Shown: positions 39,790 through 48,833 of the stretch, piece by piece
Layout of the letters: each line of letters opens with the position of its first letter
How positions within the stretch are numbered: position 1 is the first letter of the stretch
Virus record (IMG/VR): IMGVR_UViG_2927464213_000002
Location: 1-64,000 of that record
Reading direction: 5' to 3' (one strand)
Source of the DNA: a virus
Lineage: Duplodnaviria; Caudoviricetes
DNA length: 64,000 nucleotides
Program-made: the position numbers and the translations under genes
Notes under the pieces: model-generated
Databases searched by the model: none
Seen by the model: only the letters and a program-made list of their open reading frames with translations
Told to the model about the DNA's origin: nothing

Positions 39790-40133
39790 TTCGGATGGAT
39801 GGTGATGCGCTTGATCACCCTTCCGTCGTTGATCCATCGGCCGATGTCGTCGCCCAGGTTCAGGTTGTCGGAGTATTCGACGCTCCGGCAGCCGTCACTG
39901 TCGATGATCTCGACCATGAAGTTGCCGAGAGCCTCTTCCGTGAAGGTCCCGGTACGCCGATAGCCGCGGCGCCGCTCGATGACGCTGTCGATCTGCTCCT
40001 GGGCCTTGCGGAGAGAGGCGTCCCGGCGACCGTCCATCACCGCCTTGAAGTTTCGATGCCGGCCACTGTAGGATTCCCAGGCCGGTGGATCGAGCGTGTA
40101 GGCCAGCTCCTTAACTTCCTGCGCATACGGCAT
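39786..40133 (-). CDS. hypothetical protein
   Basis: ORF in the operon. Confidence 0.55.
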   Translation of the reverse strand: MPYAQEVKELAYTLDPPAWESYSGRHRNFKAVMDGRRDASLRKAQEQIDSVIERRRGYRRTGTFTEEALGNFMVEIIDSDGCRSVEYSDNLNLGDDIGRWINDGRVIKRITIHPN

Positions 40134-40746
40134 CGGTGCAGTCCTCGATTGCAACTTCACGGGATCGCCGGAGCATGAACTCCAGCGCGCCTTCTCCGTC
40201 ATCCTTCCAGCCGCACTGCGTCGCCAGCTGCAGGAGGTGAGCACCAGTCCGGCGCTGCCGGTCGACCTCCGGTGACATGACTCGAGCTGGCCAGTCCTTG
40301 GGACCGAAGTCGACGACATCGGGCTCTTCGCCGCGTCCGTTCAGCAGCCAGCCGTAGAGGGCGACGTGATAGGCCGCCTTGTACTCCTCGCGGAACACAT
40401 GCGGCGTCACCTCGCGGTCGCCGACCTTGATCGAGACGAAGTAGTCGGTCCTGCCGTCCGACAGGTGCATCGGCTTGATCGATACTTCGGTCGGCGCGAT
40501 GTCCACATCGACCTTCTTCATGTCGACGTGCCTGGCGATCTCCATTGGATCGACGCGGTCTTGCTGGCCGTCCTCTCGGTGGTCGGTCAGCACCAGGAAG
40601 TAGCCGTTCCTGGTGTCGATGCGGATGTTGACGTACTTGAAGCGGCTGTTCTTGATCCACTGGAAGCGCTTCAGCATCGCGATGAAGCGGGTGAGGCCAG
40701 CGTACCAGCGGTTGAACTCGATGCCGTTGTTTGGCCACTCGGTCAT
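40111..40746 (-). CDS. hypothetical protein
   Basis: Coupled ORF with good codon bias. Confidence 0.7.
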   Translation of the reverse strand: MTEWPNNGIEFNRWYAGLTRFIAMLKRFQWIKNSRFKYVNIRIDTRNGYFLVLTDHREDGQQDRVDPMEIARHVDMKKVDVDIAPTEVSIKPMHLSDGRTDYFVSIKVGDREVTPHVFREEYKAAYHVALYGWLLNGRGEEPDVVDFGPKDWPARVMSPEVDRQRRTGAHLLQLATQCGWKDDGEGALEFMLRRSREVAIEDCTDAVCAGS

Positions 40747-40931
40747 TCTCTGAACTCCAGGCCTTCGGCTTTGGCCCAGGCAATCGCCTCGGGCTTCGCC
40801 AGTTCGGGGGTCTTGTAGGAGCCGATTCCGGTCTGGACCGGCTCCGGAAATCCATCGCTGCCGTCGATGAGCACGGCGAAGAACCCGCGCATGCCCGACG
40901 TGATGGTGACGTAAAGAGGCTCGCCCTTCAT
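40743..40931 (-). CDS. hypothetical protein
   Basis: Coupled ORF. Confidence 0.6.
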   Translation of the reverse strand: MKGEPLYVTITSGMRGFFAVLIDGSDGFPEPVQTGIGSYKTPELAKPEAIAWAKAEGLEFRE

Positions 40932-41069
40932 TTCTTGCCCTTCGCTGCCACCCTCTCGCAGTGCCGCAGCATCCAGAGTTTGTCGGTGACCGGGATCAGC
41001 TTGGTGTAGGTCGCCGAGACGACCTCCACTCGAAACTCGATCCCGGCTAAAGTGATGATGCTTCCGTGC

Positions 41070-41657
41070 TCAGGCTGCTGCGGCACGGCGCTCCAGCTCC
41101 TGCTCGGCGAGGCTGACTTGATCGAACGCTGCTCGCCAGATCGAGTACCGGACGTTCCTGATCTTATCGAGGACCAGGATCAGGGCTTTCTTCTCCGGGA
41201 CATAGGTCCGGGCGAACCCGCCGCCGTGCTCCAGGATGTCACGGGTGTTGCTGAGCATGTCAGCGCATTTGACGAACTGTCCCTGCCACGACGCGCCTGC
41301 CAGGAACTGCCGGTCGATCGTCTTGCGCAGGGCACGATTGCCCACGCCGTCCGGCGTCTTGCAGCTGTCCTGGCGGCTCACGTCCGTGACCTCGACCACG
41401 ATGTTGGCGACGACCGCGCCGAAAGCTCCAACCAGCTCCTGGTAGGAGGTGTCGGTATCCTCGATCGTGTCGTGCAGCCAACCGGCGGCGATCACCTCGG
41501 CCGGCGCGGCATACTGGTGCAGCGTCTCCGCGACCTCTTCCAGGTGCAGCCAGTAGGGCGCCTTCGTGAACTTGCGGAGATGCCCTTGGTGCTTCCGTTT
41601 GGCGAAGTCCTCGGCTCTCGTGATCAGGCTGTAGTCCATGTCAGGCGGCTTCCTCAT
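41070..41657 (-). CDS. HD-domain small alarmone hydrolase (Mesh1/SpoT-HD-like)
   Basis: FA..KH.G..RK....PY..H...VA, WLHDTIEDT, VTD, VK.AD...N. Confidence 0.85.
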   Translation of the reverse strand: MRKPPDMDYSLITRAEDFAKRKHQGHLRKFTKAPYWLHLEEVAETLHQYAAPAEVIAAGWLHDTIEDTDTSYQELVGAFGAVVANIVVEVTDVSRQDSCKTPDGVGNRALRKTIDRQFLAGASWQGQFVKCADMLSNTRDILEHGGGFARTYVPEKKALILVLDKIRNVRYSIWRAAFDQVSLAEQELERRAAAA

Positions 41658-41835
41658 TGTCGTTGCAGGGCCGGCTCACGATCGGGAGAAGGCCGAGCAT
41701 GTGGATGTCGAGAGTGATCGGCTCCACCCAGGCGAAGCCGGAGCGATCCCGATGCGTGTGGTTGAAGGTGACGGTCTGGACGACGACCGTGCCGAACGGC
41801 AGGCGTTGTCCTGGTGGCATCCCGATGGCGAACAT
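41641..41835 (-). CDS. hypothetical protein
   Basis: GGGAGG RBS after dyad motifs; ends in CNDNEEAA. Confidence 0.55.
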   Translation of the reverse strand: MFAIGMPPGQRLPFGTVVVQTVTFNHTHRDRSGFAWVEPITLDIHMLGLLPIVSRPCNDNEEAA

Positions 41836-41994
41836 CAGATCCTCCCTTCGTTTGCATTAGAATTGCATAGCATTTGCATTCAAGCAAGTGCTATTTCACG
41901 AGTCCACCCAGAACAACAGCAAACGCTGCGGCCAGGAGGATTGCGAGCCCCAGGTTCCGAACGCTAAGGAACTCGCGCGGGTCCGCCTGGAGCC

Positions 41995-42393
41995 TTACTT
42001 CTTCTTCAGCCAGCCGACGTTGAGCATGACGGCGCCGTACTTGTTGCAGAAGAAGCGGTTGCCCTTCTTGTGATCGACCATCAGCTCTTCGAGGTTCGAG
42101 CGGACCTGCCGTGTTACCTCCGGGATCAGCTTGGAGCGGTCGTACTCCATGTCGGCGATCGCGAAGATGGCGTTCATGGTCGCCGGAGCGAAGGTGTCGA
42201 AGTCCGCGCCGATCTGGTCGGCGGCCTTACGAGGAGCGCCGTCGATGAACTCATAGCCATCGCACTTCAGCAGGACCATGGCAGAGATGGTCGAGAGAGC
42301 GATGAACTCCTTGTTGACGTTCTCGGCCGCGGCCGGGGTGAAGAAGCCAGACGCCAGCGTTGCCGCCAGCGCAGTGATTGCGCGCAGTTTCAT
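41995..42393 (-). CDS. secreted hypothetical protein
   Basis: Signal peptide ending AAA. Confidence 0.7.
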   Translation of the reverse strand: MKLRAITALAATLASGFFTPAAAENVNKEFIALSTISAMVLLKCDGYEFIDGAPRKAADQIGADFDTFAPATMNAIFAIADMEYDRSKLIPEVTRQVRSNLEELMVDHKKGNRFFCNKYGAVMLNVGWLKKK

Positions 42394-42412
42394 GATCGTA
42401 GTTCCTTGTCGG

Positions 42413-42790
42413 TTATGGTTGCTGTCGCTGCTTGATGGAGGCGAAGATCATGTCCATCACCTCAGCGACTCGGAGGCGGGACTCTCGCTGTTGCCGAACG
42501 GCCCGGAGCCGGCAGAAGCGGCCGGACTTATCGAGCTGGGTCACCGGCACGTCTTCATAGCCGTGGCGGTAGGGTGGGGAGGCGGCCAGGATATCGACGA
42601 TGTGACGCATCATCGCCAGCCAGGGGTCGTTGAGGTCTGGATCGGTCGGCTTAGCCTTGTGCTGCTTCTCGATCTCGTACAGCCGGTTCGATGCCATGGT
42701 GAAGACATCCCGCATGTATCTGGTCGGGACGCCGGCAATCGTCGACGTTCCGTTGGGGTGATGCTGCACCCGGATGGCAAGCCGGTTCAC
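42413..42790 (-). CDS. hypothetical protein
   Basis: GTGA coupling. Confidence 0.55.
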   Translation of the reverse strand: MNRLAIRVQHHPNGTSTIAGVPTRYMRDVFTMASNRLYEIEKQHKAKPTDPDLNDPWLAMMRHIVDILAASPPYRHGYEDVPVTQLDKSGRFCRLRAVRQQRESRLRVAEVMDMIFASIKQRQQP

Positions 42791-43083
42791 TGGACCTCTC
42801 CGCAACCGTTGCAGACATAGGCGTTCTGGTCGGGCGTCCATTCCCACTCAGACTCGATGCCGGCGTCGTTGCAGTCGCAGCCGATATCCTCCGCCTCGTA
42901 CACGGGCTCGGGATACTCGTTCATGCTGTTGTCTTCTTCCGGGGCGTCCAGCTTCCATGTCAGGTTGCCGTCGCCGTCGCAGTTCCAGTCGGTGACATGG
43001 CCGTCCTTGACCATGCAGCCGGTGTAGAAGCCGGGCGACTCCACCTTGGCGCACAGGGTGCATTTCGCTGTTGTGACCATCAC
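42787..43083 (-). CDS. Cys-rich hypothetical protein
   Basis: CxxC pairs; coupled. Confidence 0.6.
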   Translation of the reverse strand: MMVTTAKCTLCAKVESPGFYTGCMVKDGHVTDWNCDGDGNLTWKLDAPEEDNSMNEYPEPVYEAEDIGCDCNDAGIESEWEWTPDQNAYVCNGCGEVQ

Positions 43084-43289
43084 TCGCCCTCCGGAGCTTC
43101 GTCGTCGAAGTACTCGCCGCTATCGATCGTGAGCACATCGACCAGTTGGACCGGGCCGCTCACGGTGAGGTCTTCCAGGAACTGGATGGCCGCATAGCAA
43201 CCGCCGGCACCCATCTCATCGCCCTGGAAGATGCGCTCGTGCTCGCCGCCGGACGGGTCGCGGTAGGTGATCTTGACCTTAACGCCCAT
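43080..43289 (-). CDS. hypothetical protein
   Basis: GGAGG RBS. Confidence 0.6.
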   Translation of the reverse strand: MGVKVKITYRDPSGGEHERIFQGDEMGAGGCYAAIQFLEDLTVSGPVQLVDVLTIDSGEYFDDEAPEGE

Positions 43290-43503
43290 TGGATTCCTCC
43301 CGCCGCACTTCCTCGTCGCGGATCTTCAGCAGCGCGATGTCGAGATCATCCCGCAGCTTGCGGGCCTGGATGATGTCGAGAACCTCACAGCAGCGCGTGC
43401 CACCCTTCGGTCCGATCAGGTAGACGATGACGCGGTCGTTCGGGTCGCGGTCGAATGATCCGCCGCTGGTGAAGCCGCTGACGAACTCACGCATCGTCGT
43501 CAT
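43279..43503 (-). CDS. hypothetical protein
   Basis: IGPKGG motif; overlaps its neighbours. Confidence 0.55.
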   Translation of the reverse strand: MTTMREFVSGFTSGGSFDRDPNDRVIVYLIGPKGGTRCCEVLDIIQARKLRDDLDIALLKIRDEEVRREESNGR

Positions 43504-43747
43504 CCTCATCCTCCTCGTCGTCGACGGCGGTGAGCTGGTCGAACGTCCACTCGGCGCCGTTGTCGTCGAGGAAGACGGTCTTACCGTCCTTGGTCTCGGT
43601 GACCTGATCGTCATAGAAGATGACGGTGCCGTCGCCGTCGTGGACTGGCGTTCCGTCGTCCTCGATGCCGCTGATCCCGCAGCGGCCGGTCAACAGCTCC
43701 TTGGTGCCCTTGATCGGCGAGCCGGTTGGTGAGACGTATTCCTTCAC
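43487..43747 (-). CDS. acidic hypothetical protein
   Basis: GTGA coupling. Confidence 0.6.
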   Translation of the reverse strand: MKEYVSPTGSPIKGTKELLTGRCGISGIEDDGTPVHDGDGTVIFYDDQVTETKDGKTVFLDDNGAEWTFDQLTAVDDEEDEDDDDA

Positions 43748-44043
43748 GACTCGCTCCGTTCGGTGATGGTTGCGCTGTAGGTGTGGATGTCGTCCCAGCC
43801 GACGACCGCAGACGGCGCGCCGGCCGGCATGATCGGCACCTCGAACACGCGGACGTGCTCGTCGAGGCCGAGCTTGCTCTCGCTCGTGGTATCCTCGGCG
43901 TCCATTTCGAAGTATTCGCGCCACAGCTTCACGGCTTCGCTGGCGTCGGTGGCCCAGACGAACAAGTCCTGATTGACCACGCCGTCCTCGTCCGAGTTGC
44001 ATTGATCGTTGGTCGGCGCGACCAGATACAGCATGCGTTCCAC
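43744..44043 (-). CDS. hypothetical protein
   Basis: GGAGG RBS. Confidence 0.6.
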   Translation of the reverse strand: MERMLYLVAPTNDQCNSDEDGVVNQDLFVWATDASEAVKLWREYFEMDAEDTTSESKLGLDEHVRVFEVPIMPAGAPSAVVGWDDIHTYSATITERSES

Positions 44044-44044
44044 G

Positions 44045-44527
44045 TCAGCCCTCCGACGAAACGAGCACGGTGGTGAAGGTCGAGCCGTGGGCGTTCTCGA
44101 CGTCGGACCAGTCCTCGATCAGCATGTTGAGGATGCCGACCAGTTCGAGCGGGACCGGCACGTAGCAGGAGTAGGCGTCCTGCTCCTGGTGTTCGGCGAT
44201 TCCCTGCAGCCAGGTATCGAGGCGGGCGCGGTTGGTGACCGGGATGCCTTCCTCGTCCAGCTCCTCGTCGGACGGATGTTCGTCAATCCAGGTAATCAGG
44301 TCGTCCAGCTCGCTGGCGCTGCCGATCGCCAGCATCCACGCCTTGTCGAGCTGCGCCTTCGGCAGCGACTCCAGCACGGTGCGGGTTTCGAGATCCACGT
44401 CGTTCATGTCGCGGATGCGATAGCCGGCGCCGATCATGATGTCGCCGATCGCGGACAGCGTGTCGCTGTCCCATTCCACGCCATCCATCTGTTCCTGGAT
44501 GGCAAGCATTGCCTGATGGTCGTCCAT
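44045..44527 (-). CDS. acidic hypothetical protein
   Basis: TAATG coupling. Confidence 0.65.
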   Translation of the reverse strand: MDDHQAMLAIQEQMDGVEWDSDTLSAIGDIMIGAGYRIRDMNDVDLETRTVLESLPKAQLDKAWMLAIGSASELDDLITWIDEHPSDEELDEEGIPVTNRARLDTWLQGIAEHQEQDAYSCYVPVPLELVGILNMLIEDWSDVENAHGSTFTTVLVSSEG

Positions 44528-45123
44528 TACGGCCTCTCGGGTTTGGTGATTTCGGTGTCGCGGATGGCGTCGATCACGAAGCCGCCCCGGCCGCGGGTTG
44601 CGTAGAGCCTGGCATCGATCAGGAACCACTTCTCGACGTGCTGGCATTTGGCGCACACGCCGACCTTGTCTTTCGGCACCCAGTGCGCCCAGTCACCCCA
44701 CGCGGAAGTGACGACGAACTTGTCCTTGTTCTCGATCTCGAACAGCTTTTCGTCGCGGATCAGGGACTGGCCCTTCTCCAGCGTGACGCCGAAGAACTGC
44801 TCGTATTCCTCCGGGTGCCAGTTGCGGAACGTCTCGACCGCGATGTCGTATTCGCTCCGGTCGGGCTTGCCCTCGATCTTGATGGTGCGCTGGAAGGCGA
44901 TCGGGTGGATCACGGCGGCGATCGACCACTGGCAATCCTCCTCGTACCAGCCAGCCTCGGCCCGCATGTACTTCGGGACCGCCGCGTTGCGCTCACGGGA
45001 CAGCTTGATGCCGCCGTGGCTCGCAGTTGAGACGGTCCAGATGCCGGGCGCCAACTCGCGCTTCTCCTGGATGGCGCCCCACGGCGACGACTGCGGGCAG
45101 GGGGCCCGCTGATACTCGGTCAT
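44527..45123 (-). CDS. DUF7007-like phage protein
   Basis: PWG......A.GI..VSTASHGG..LS.ERNA, WYEEDC.W. Confidence 0.65.
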   Translation of the reverse strand: MTEYQRAPCPQSSPWGAIQEKRELAPGIWTVSTASHGGIKLSRERNAAVPKYMRAEAGWYEEDCQWSIAAVIHPIAFQRTIKIEGKPDRSEYDIAVETFRNWHPEEYEQFFGVTLEKGQSLIRDEKLFEIENKDKFVVTSAWGDWAHWVPKDKVGVCAKCQHVEKWFLIDARLYATRGRGGFVIDAIRDTEITKPERP

Positions 45124-45124
45124 C

Positions 45125-45502
45125 TCAGTCCTCGAATTTGATCTTGCGGAAAGCGAGATGGCTCTTCGCATACGGGGTGATCTCGCCACGGTCGTAGGCG
45201 AGGGCGTAGGTCGGGCAGCGGACGAACACGCAGTTCGACGGCTCTTCGTCCGAGTCGCTTTCGTCATGCTCGGTGGTGAAGCCGAAGTGACATTCGTCGA
45301 AGTGCTTGTCGCCCTTTCGCAACGGACGCCACCACCACTCGTCATCGTCGAGCGACCATCCGGCATCGATTGCCGCCTGATGGATGCGGTGAGCTTTCTC
45401 GATCAGGTCGAGACCCTTCAGCGCGGCGGCGACCTGGCTGCGGCGGATGCCATGCATCGACTGGATGACATGGCGGATATCGTGGGTGAACAGCGGCTGC
45501 AT
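45125..45502 (-). CDS. hypothetical protein
   Basis: ORF with RBS. Confidence 0.6.
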   Translation of the reverse strand: MQPLFTHDIRHVIQSMHGIRRSQVAAALKGLDLIEKAHRIHQAAIDAGWSLDDDEWWWRPLRKGDKHFDECHFGFTTEHDESDSDEEPSNCVFVRCPTYALAYDRGEITPYAKSHLAFRKIKFED

Positions 45503-45504
45503 GG

Positions 45505-45681
45505 TCAGTCCTGTGGGAAGTAGACGGCGATCGCCTCAAGCTGCGTGCAGAGCGTGTGATGACCGACGAACTGTCCCGCCTGCCACCACAGCCATTGAAA
45601 GGTGAAGGGAAGATGCGGGCATGCATCGTTCCCTTCGAGGCCGGCTTGGAGTCCGGCGTCGTAGTAGTCGAACGGGTTCAT
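45505..45681 (-). CDS. small hypothetical protein
   Basis: Y.AG..AG.....CP....W..G pattern. Confidence 0.5.
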   Translation of the reverse strand: MNPFDYYDAGLQAGLEGNDACPHLPFTFQWLWWQAGQFVGHHTLCTQLEAIAVYFPQD

Positions 45682-46331
45682 CGGAAGCCCGGACCAACTG
45701 GCGTCAGGTCGTACTTCTCGCCGAGCCACTTCACGAATGCCGGCGGCGTCTCGCCTTGCTCGAAGGCGGAGAGCATCCGGCTATCGGTTGGATCACCGCT
45801 GCTCTTGCGGTCGTCGGTGACCAGCTCCTCGTAAGCCCACTGTTGGCGAGCCTGGCTCTTGCAATCATCCTCGTAGCGGAGCCACGCGAACTCCTGTGCC
45901 ACCAGCTGGGCCGCGCTGTGTGCGTCGATCAGTCCGCCGCCGGTATAGATGTAGTCGCCGCGATACATCGACGCCTTGCCGTCCTTGCAGACAGCGTGCT
46001 TCAGCATGGCCGGGATCACCTCCCAGTCGTAAGACCAGTAGCTGAAGAACTCCTCGTCGTTGGCGGTGAGGATGTTGTAGATCTCCAGGCACCACAGGCC
46101 GAGGACGATCGACTGCGAGCGCATCTCGGCCGAGCCGCACTGCTCCCGCATCTCGATCCATTCGACGCGGATCGCGGCCATGGAGTGCGGGTCCTTCTTG
46201 GCCGCCTTCTCGAGTTTTGCGACCTGCGCCTCGGTGCCGAGCGTCCACTCGTTGAGGCATTCCCACACGCAGAGGGCGGCCTCCACCTGCAAGGCGGTAT
46301 AGGTCTCGGGCTCTTTCTTCTTCCTAGCCAT
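45678..46331 (-). CDS. hypothetical protein
   Basis: GGAGGAG RBS. Confidence 0.7.
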   Translation of the reverse strand: MARKKKEPETYTALQVEAALCVWECLNEWTLGTEAQVAKLEKAAKKDPHSMAAIRVEWIEMREQCGSAEMRSQSIVLGLWCLEIYNILTANDEEFFSYWSYDWEVIPAMLKHAVCKDGKASMYRGDYIYTGGGLIDAHSAAQLVAQEFAWLRYEDDCKSQARQQWAYEELVTDDRKSSGDPTDSRMLSAFEQGETPPAFVKWLGEKYDLTPVGPGFR

Positions 46332-46686
46332 TGTCGATCTCCTCCAGCAGCTTGACGGCGTCGCCCTTCAGGGCGTTGAGGTCGAGGCGAACGGGGATGC
46401 CGTGCATCACCTCGACGGGGTTGACGAAAGCGCGAACGATCTTGAGCAGCCGCTCGACCCGGTCCTTCGCTCGATCGAGCGGACCGTCGAGGTAGGCCAG
46501 CGAGTCGCATTCGGGGCAGCGTCCGCACGGAGATGCGTCGCCCGGTGTCAGGCTGCAGTCGTCGATCTCGGCGCACTCGATCGCGGTGCCGGACCAGTCA
46601 CAGCTGCCGCAACAGCAGACCAGCTGGTCGGGTGCGCTCATGAACGCGATCTCGGCGGAGTAGGTGTCGCCTTCGAGGTCAGCCAT
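46324..46686 (-). CDS. Zn-ribbon hypothetical protein
   Basis: C.SCDW.G...P.G.CPEC.SLAY. Confidence 0.65.
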   Translation of the reverse strand: MADLEGDTYSAEIAFMSAPDQLVCCCGSCDWSGTAIECAEIDDCSLTPGDASPCGRCPECDSLAYLDGPLDRAKDRVERLLKIVRAFVNPVEVMHGIPVRLDLNALKGDAVKLLEEIDNG

Positions 46687-46913
46687 CAGCCCATCCTCGC
46701 TTTCAGCTTTTCCTGGATCTCCGTTGCGACGCCGACCCATGCGTGGCCGTTGATCAGCGGTGTATTGACCGCAGCCGGCTCGGCCTTCGCGACCAGCTCC
46801 GACCACTTGTCGAGCGCGTCGAGCACGAACAGCTGGGCGAGGGCGCCGTACTTGCTGTGCTCCATCAGCGATCGGACGAACGCCGTGTTCGTCTGTTGTC
46901 TTGTCGTCGCCAT
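46686..46913 (-). CDS. hypothetical protein
   Basis: AGGAG RBS after a dyad motif. Confidence 0.65.
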   Translation of the reverse strand: MATTRQQTNTAFVRSLMEHSKYGALAQLFVLDALDKWSELVAKAEPAAVNTPLINGHAWVGVATEIQEKLKARMG

Positions 46914-46989
46914 TTCGTCTCCTTTGCATTCAAACAAGCGATTGGGCACGGCTCCGCTTTTCCTGAGGCTCAGGAAAAACTCGGCCTCG

Positions 46990-47290
46990 AATTAGTGTGG
47001 TTCGCGAGTGCTCTCTCCACCGCTTCGCCCTGTAGCCGCGGGGGACACGGCATCGACGGAGCAGGTTTCCCTCCAACCACGCTGCATCCTTCGGGGAGCA
47101 GCAGACCTCACAGTGTCCGCATGTGCGGCGTGCCGTATCACGCAAGGCAGGCGCTACACTGCGAGGACATCGAATTGCACCAGCGGATTGGTTTGCCCGC
47201 CGCTGGTCGGGCTGTGCGTCCGGTCGCTCGCGGCTTCACCGGTCCAAAAACTCAGTCACTCTCGTTCGGGGGTCACAGTGGGGGTCGCTT
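46990..47290. ncRNA. candidate structured non-coding RNA
   Basis: Several complementary stems and TTCG loops on the + strand; no convincing ORF. Confidence 0.4.
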
Positions 47291-47293
47291 ACT

Positions 47294-47437
47294 TCATGGC
47301 CGTGCTCCGTCGTCGTTGCTGTAACCGGGGACCTTCGCCTTGCGCTTCTTGTTGGGCACAACGCGGGGCTTGTACTTCGGCGTCCGCAGATCACGGGCGA
47401 TCGGCGAGCGTCGGCTCTGCGTCTTTCGCTTCTTCAT
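47294..47437 (-). CDS. small basic ArfA-like peptide
   Basis: SPIARDLRTPKYKPRVVPNKKRK; GGAG RBS. Confidence 0.5.
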   Translation of the reverse strand: MKKRKTQSRRSPIARDLRTPKYKPRVVPNKKRKAKVPGYSNDDGARP

Positions 47438-47705
47438 GTCTGGAACTCCGGTGAAATTGAATGGCCGGATAGCGCCGGCCTCGCCACTGCGTTTGGGTCG
47501 CAGCAACCTATGAGCGGGTACCCATTTCTCCGGGCCGCAAACTTCTTCATCATGGTCATGGGTGGCCATCATCGCCAGGCGCGGACGAAACGCCGAAGCT
47601 AGGCCGTTTGAAAATGCGAGACGGGATGAAACCGCTACTCGCCTCGTCCTGCGGGATTTTCCCTTGCCTTTGTGTGCAGACCCGCTTCAACCACACACAG
47701 GGACC

Positions 47706-47864
47706 TCAGGACTCGCTGGTGTTCGCCCAGCGAGGATTGATGCCGCGTCCGTCGATCGCCCAGCGGTTGGTCCGCCAGTAGAGATCGGCCTCACAGTGAC
47801 GGCGCTCGGCCGCACGGATGCGAGCCTGATAATCCTCGAACTTCGGCTCTTCACGCGCGTCCAT
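47706..47864 (-). CDS. hypothetical protein
   Basis: GGAGG RBS. Confidence 0.5.
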   Translation of the reverse strand: MDAREEPKFEDYQARIRAAERRHCEADLYWRTNRWAIDGRGINPRWANTSES

Positions 47865-47999
47865 GGCTTGCCTCCAGCTGCGACAGCTCAGTTTCGAGCG
47901 GGTGGTAGTCCTCGAAGCGGGCATTGGCCCAGCCGTTGCGGGACATGTTTGACAGGATACGGATCAACGCCATGCGGCGGCGCTTGCGCTGCTTCTCGG

Positions 48000-48185
48000 T
48001 CATGGGTCCACCACGCGGCTATGGATGACGCTGTGAAACCATTCGTTCACGTTGCCCCGATCGTCCTTGCAGTAGACGCGGCGCTCGTTGAACGACTCGA
48101 CTGTGACCATCTCCTTGCGGAAGGTCGGGACCTTGTCGCCGGGCTTCAGTTCCTGGCCGGTCGGTTCGTAGATCAGCCGCATCAC
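48000..48185 (-). CDS. hypothetical protein
   Basis: Coupled ORF. Confidence 0.6.
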   Translation of the reverse strand: MMRLIYEPTGQELKPGDKVPTFRKEMVTVESFNERRVYCKDDRGNVNEWFHSVIHSRVVDP

Positions 48186-48652
48186 AGCCTCCAGTGCTGC
48201 ATGCGGGCACGCTGGTCCGCACGCTCATTGTCGTTGTCGGCCTTCGGATTGGCCTTGGTCAGCTCGCTGCCCTTGCGCAGCCAGCGCTTGCGGTCGTCGT
48301 CGCGGACGACGTATTCGTCGCCGTCGAGGACTTCCTTGACCTGCCCGACGAACGACCCTTTCGAGCCGACGCGGACCGAGCGCACCCAGTCATCCTTCTC
48401 GAACTTCATGCTCCGCCGAACCTTCCCATTTCGAGATCGAGTGTCGGTGTTCTCGTACGTGGCGATCAGCCGATAGACCCGGCCGTCCCTGATGTGCAGG
48501 GAGGCGAAGACGATGACGTCAGACTTCCTGCACTCCTCGAACGCCTTGCGGGCGTCCGCCTCGAATGCGTAGGTGTCGGTGTAGGCCTCGGTCATCGAGA
48601 CGTGCGTGACCTTGGCCGATTTGCGGACGGTGCCGTTCGCGGTGTCAGTCAC
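48182..48652 (-). CDS. hypothetical protein (possible fusion of two small genes)
   Basis: Internal GGAG-ATG before the SH3-like MKFEKDDWVR segment. Confidence 0.55.
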   Translation of the reverse strand: MTDTANGTVRKSAKVTHVSMTEAYTDTYAFEADARKAFEECRKSDVIVFASLHIRDGRVYRLIATYENTDTRSRNGKVRRSMKFEKDDWVRSVRVGSKGSFVGQVKEVLDGDEYVVRDDDRKRWLRKGSELTKANPKADNDNERADQRARMQHWRL

Positions 48653-48833
48653 GGCTCGCTCCCATGAACTTGCGGACGCCGGCCGCCAGCCCAGCGTCGT
48701 CGACGCCCTTGGCGATCAGATCCTCGGCATGCCTGTGGAGCGCCGGTATCGACATCATCGGGATGATCATGCCGGTGACGGCACGCTGGATGCGGGCGTC
48801 GTCGAGCGCCTGCTGCTTCTTGGTGCGCTTCAT
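48645..48833 (-). CDS. hypothetical protein
   Basis: AAGGAG RBS. Confidence 0.6.
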   Translation of the reverse strand: MKRTKKQQALDDARIQRAVTGMIIPMMSIPALHRHAEDLIAKGVDDAGLAAGVRKFMGASRD

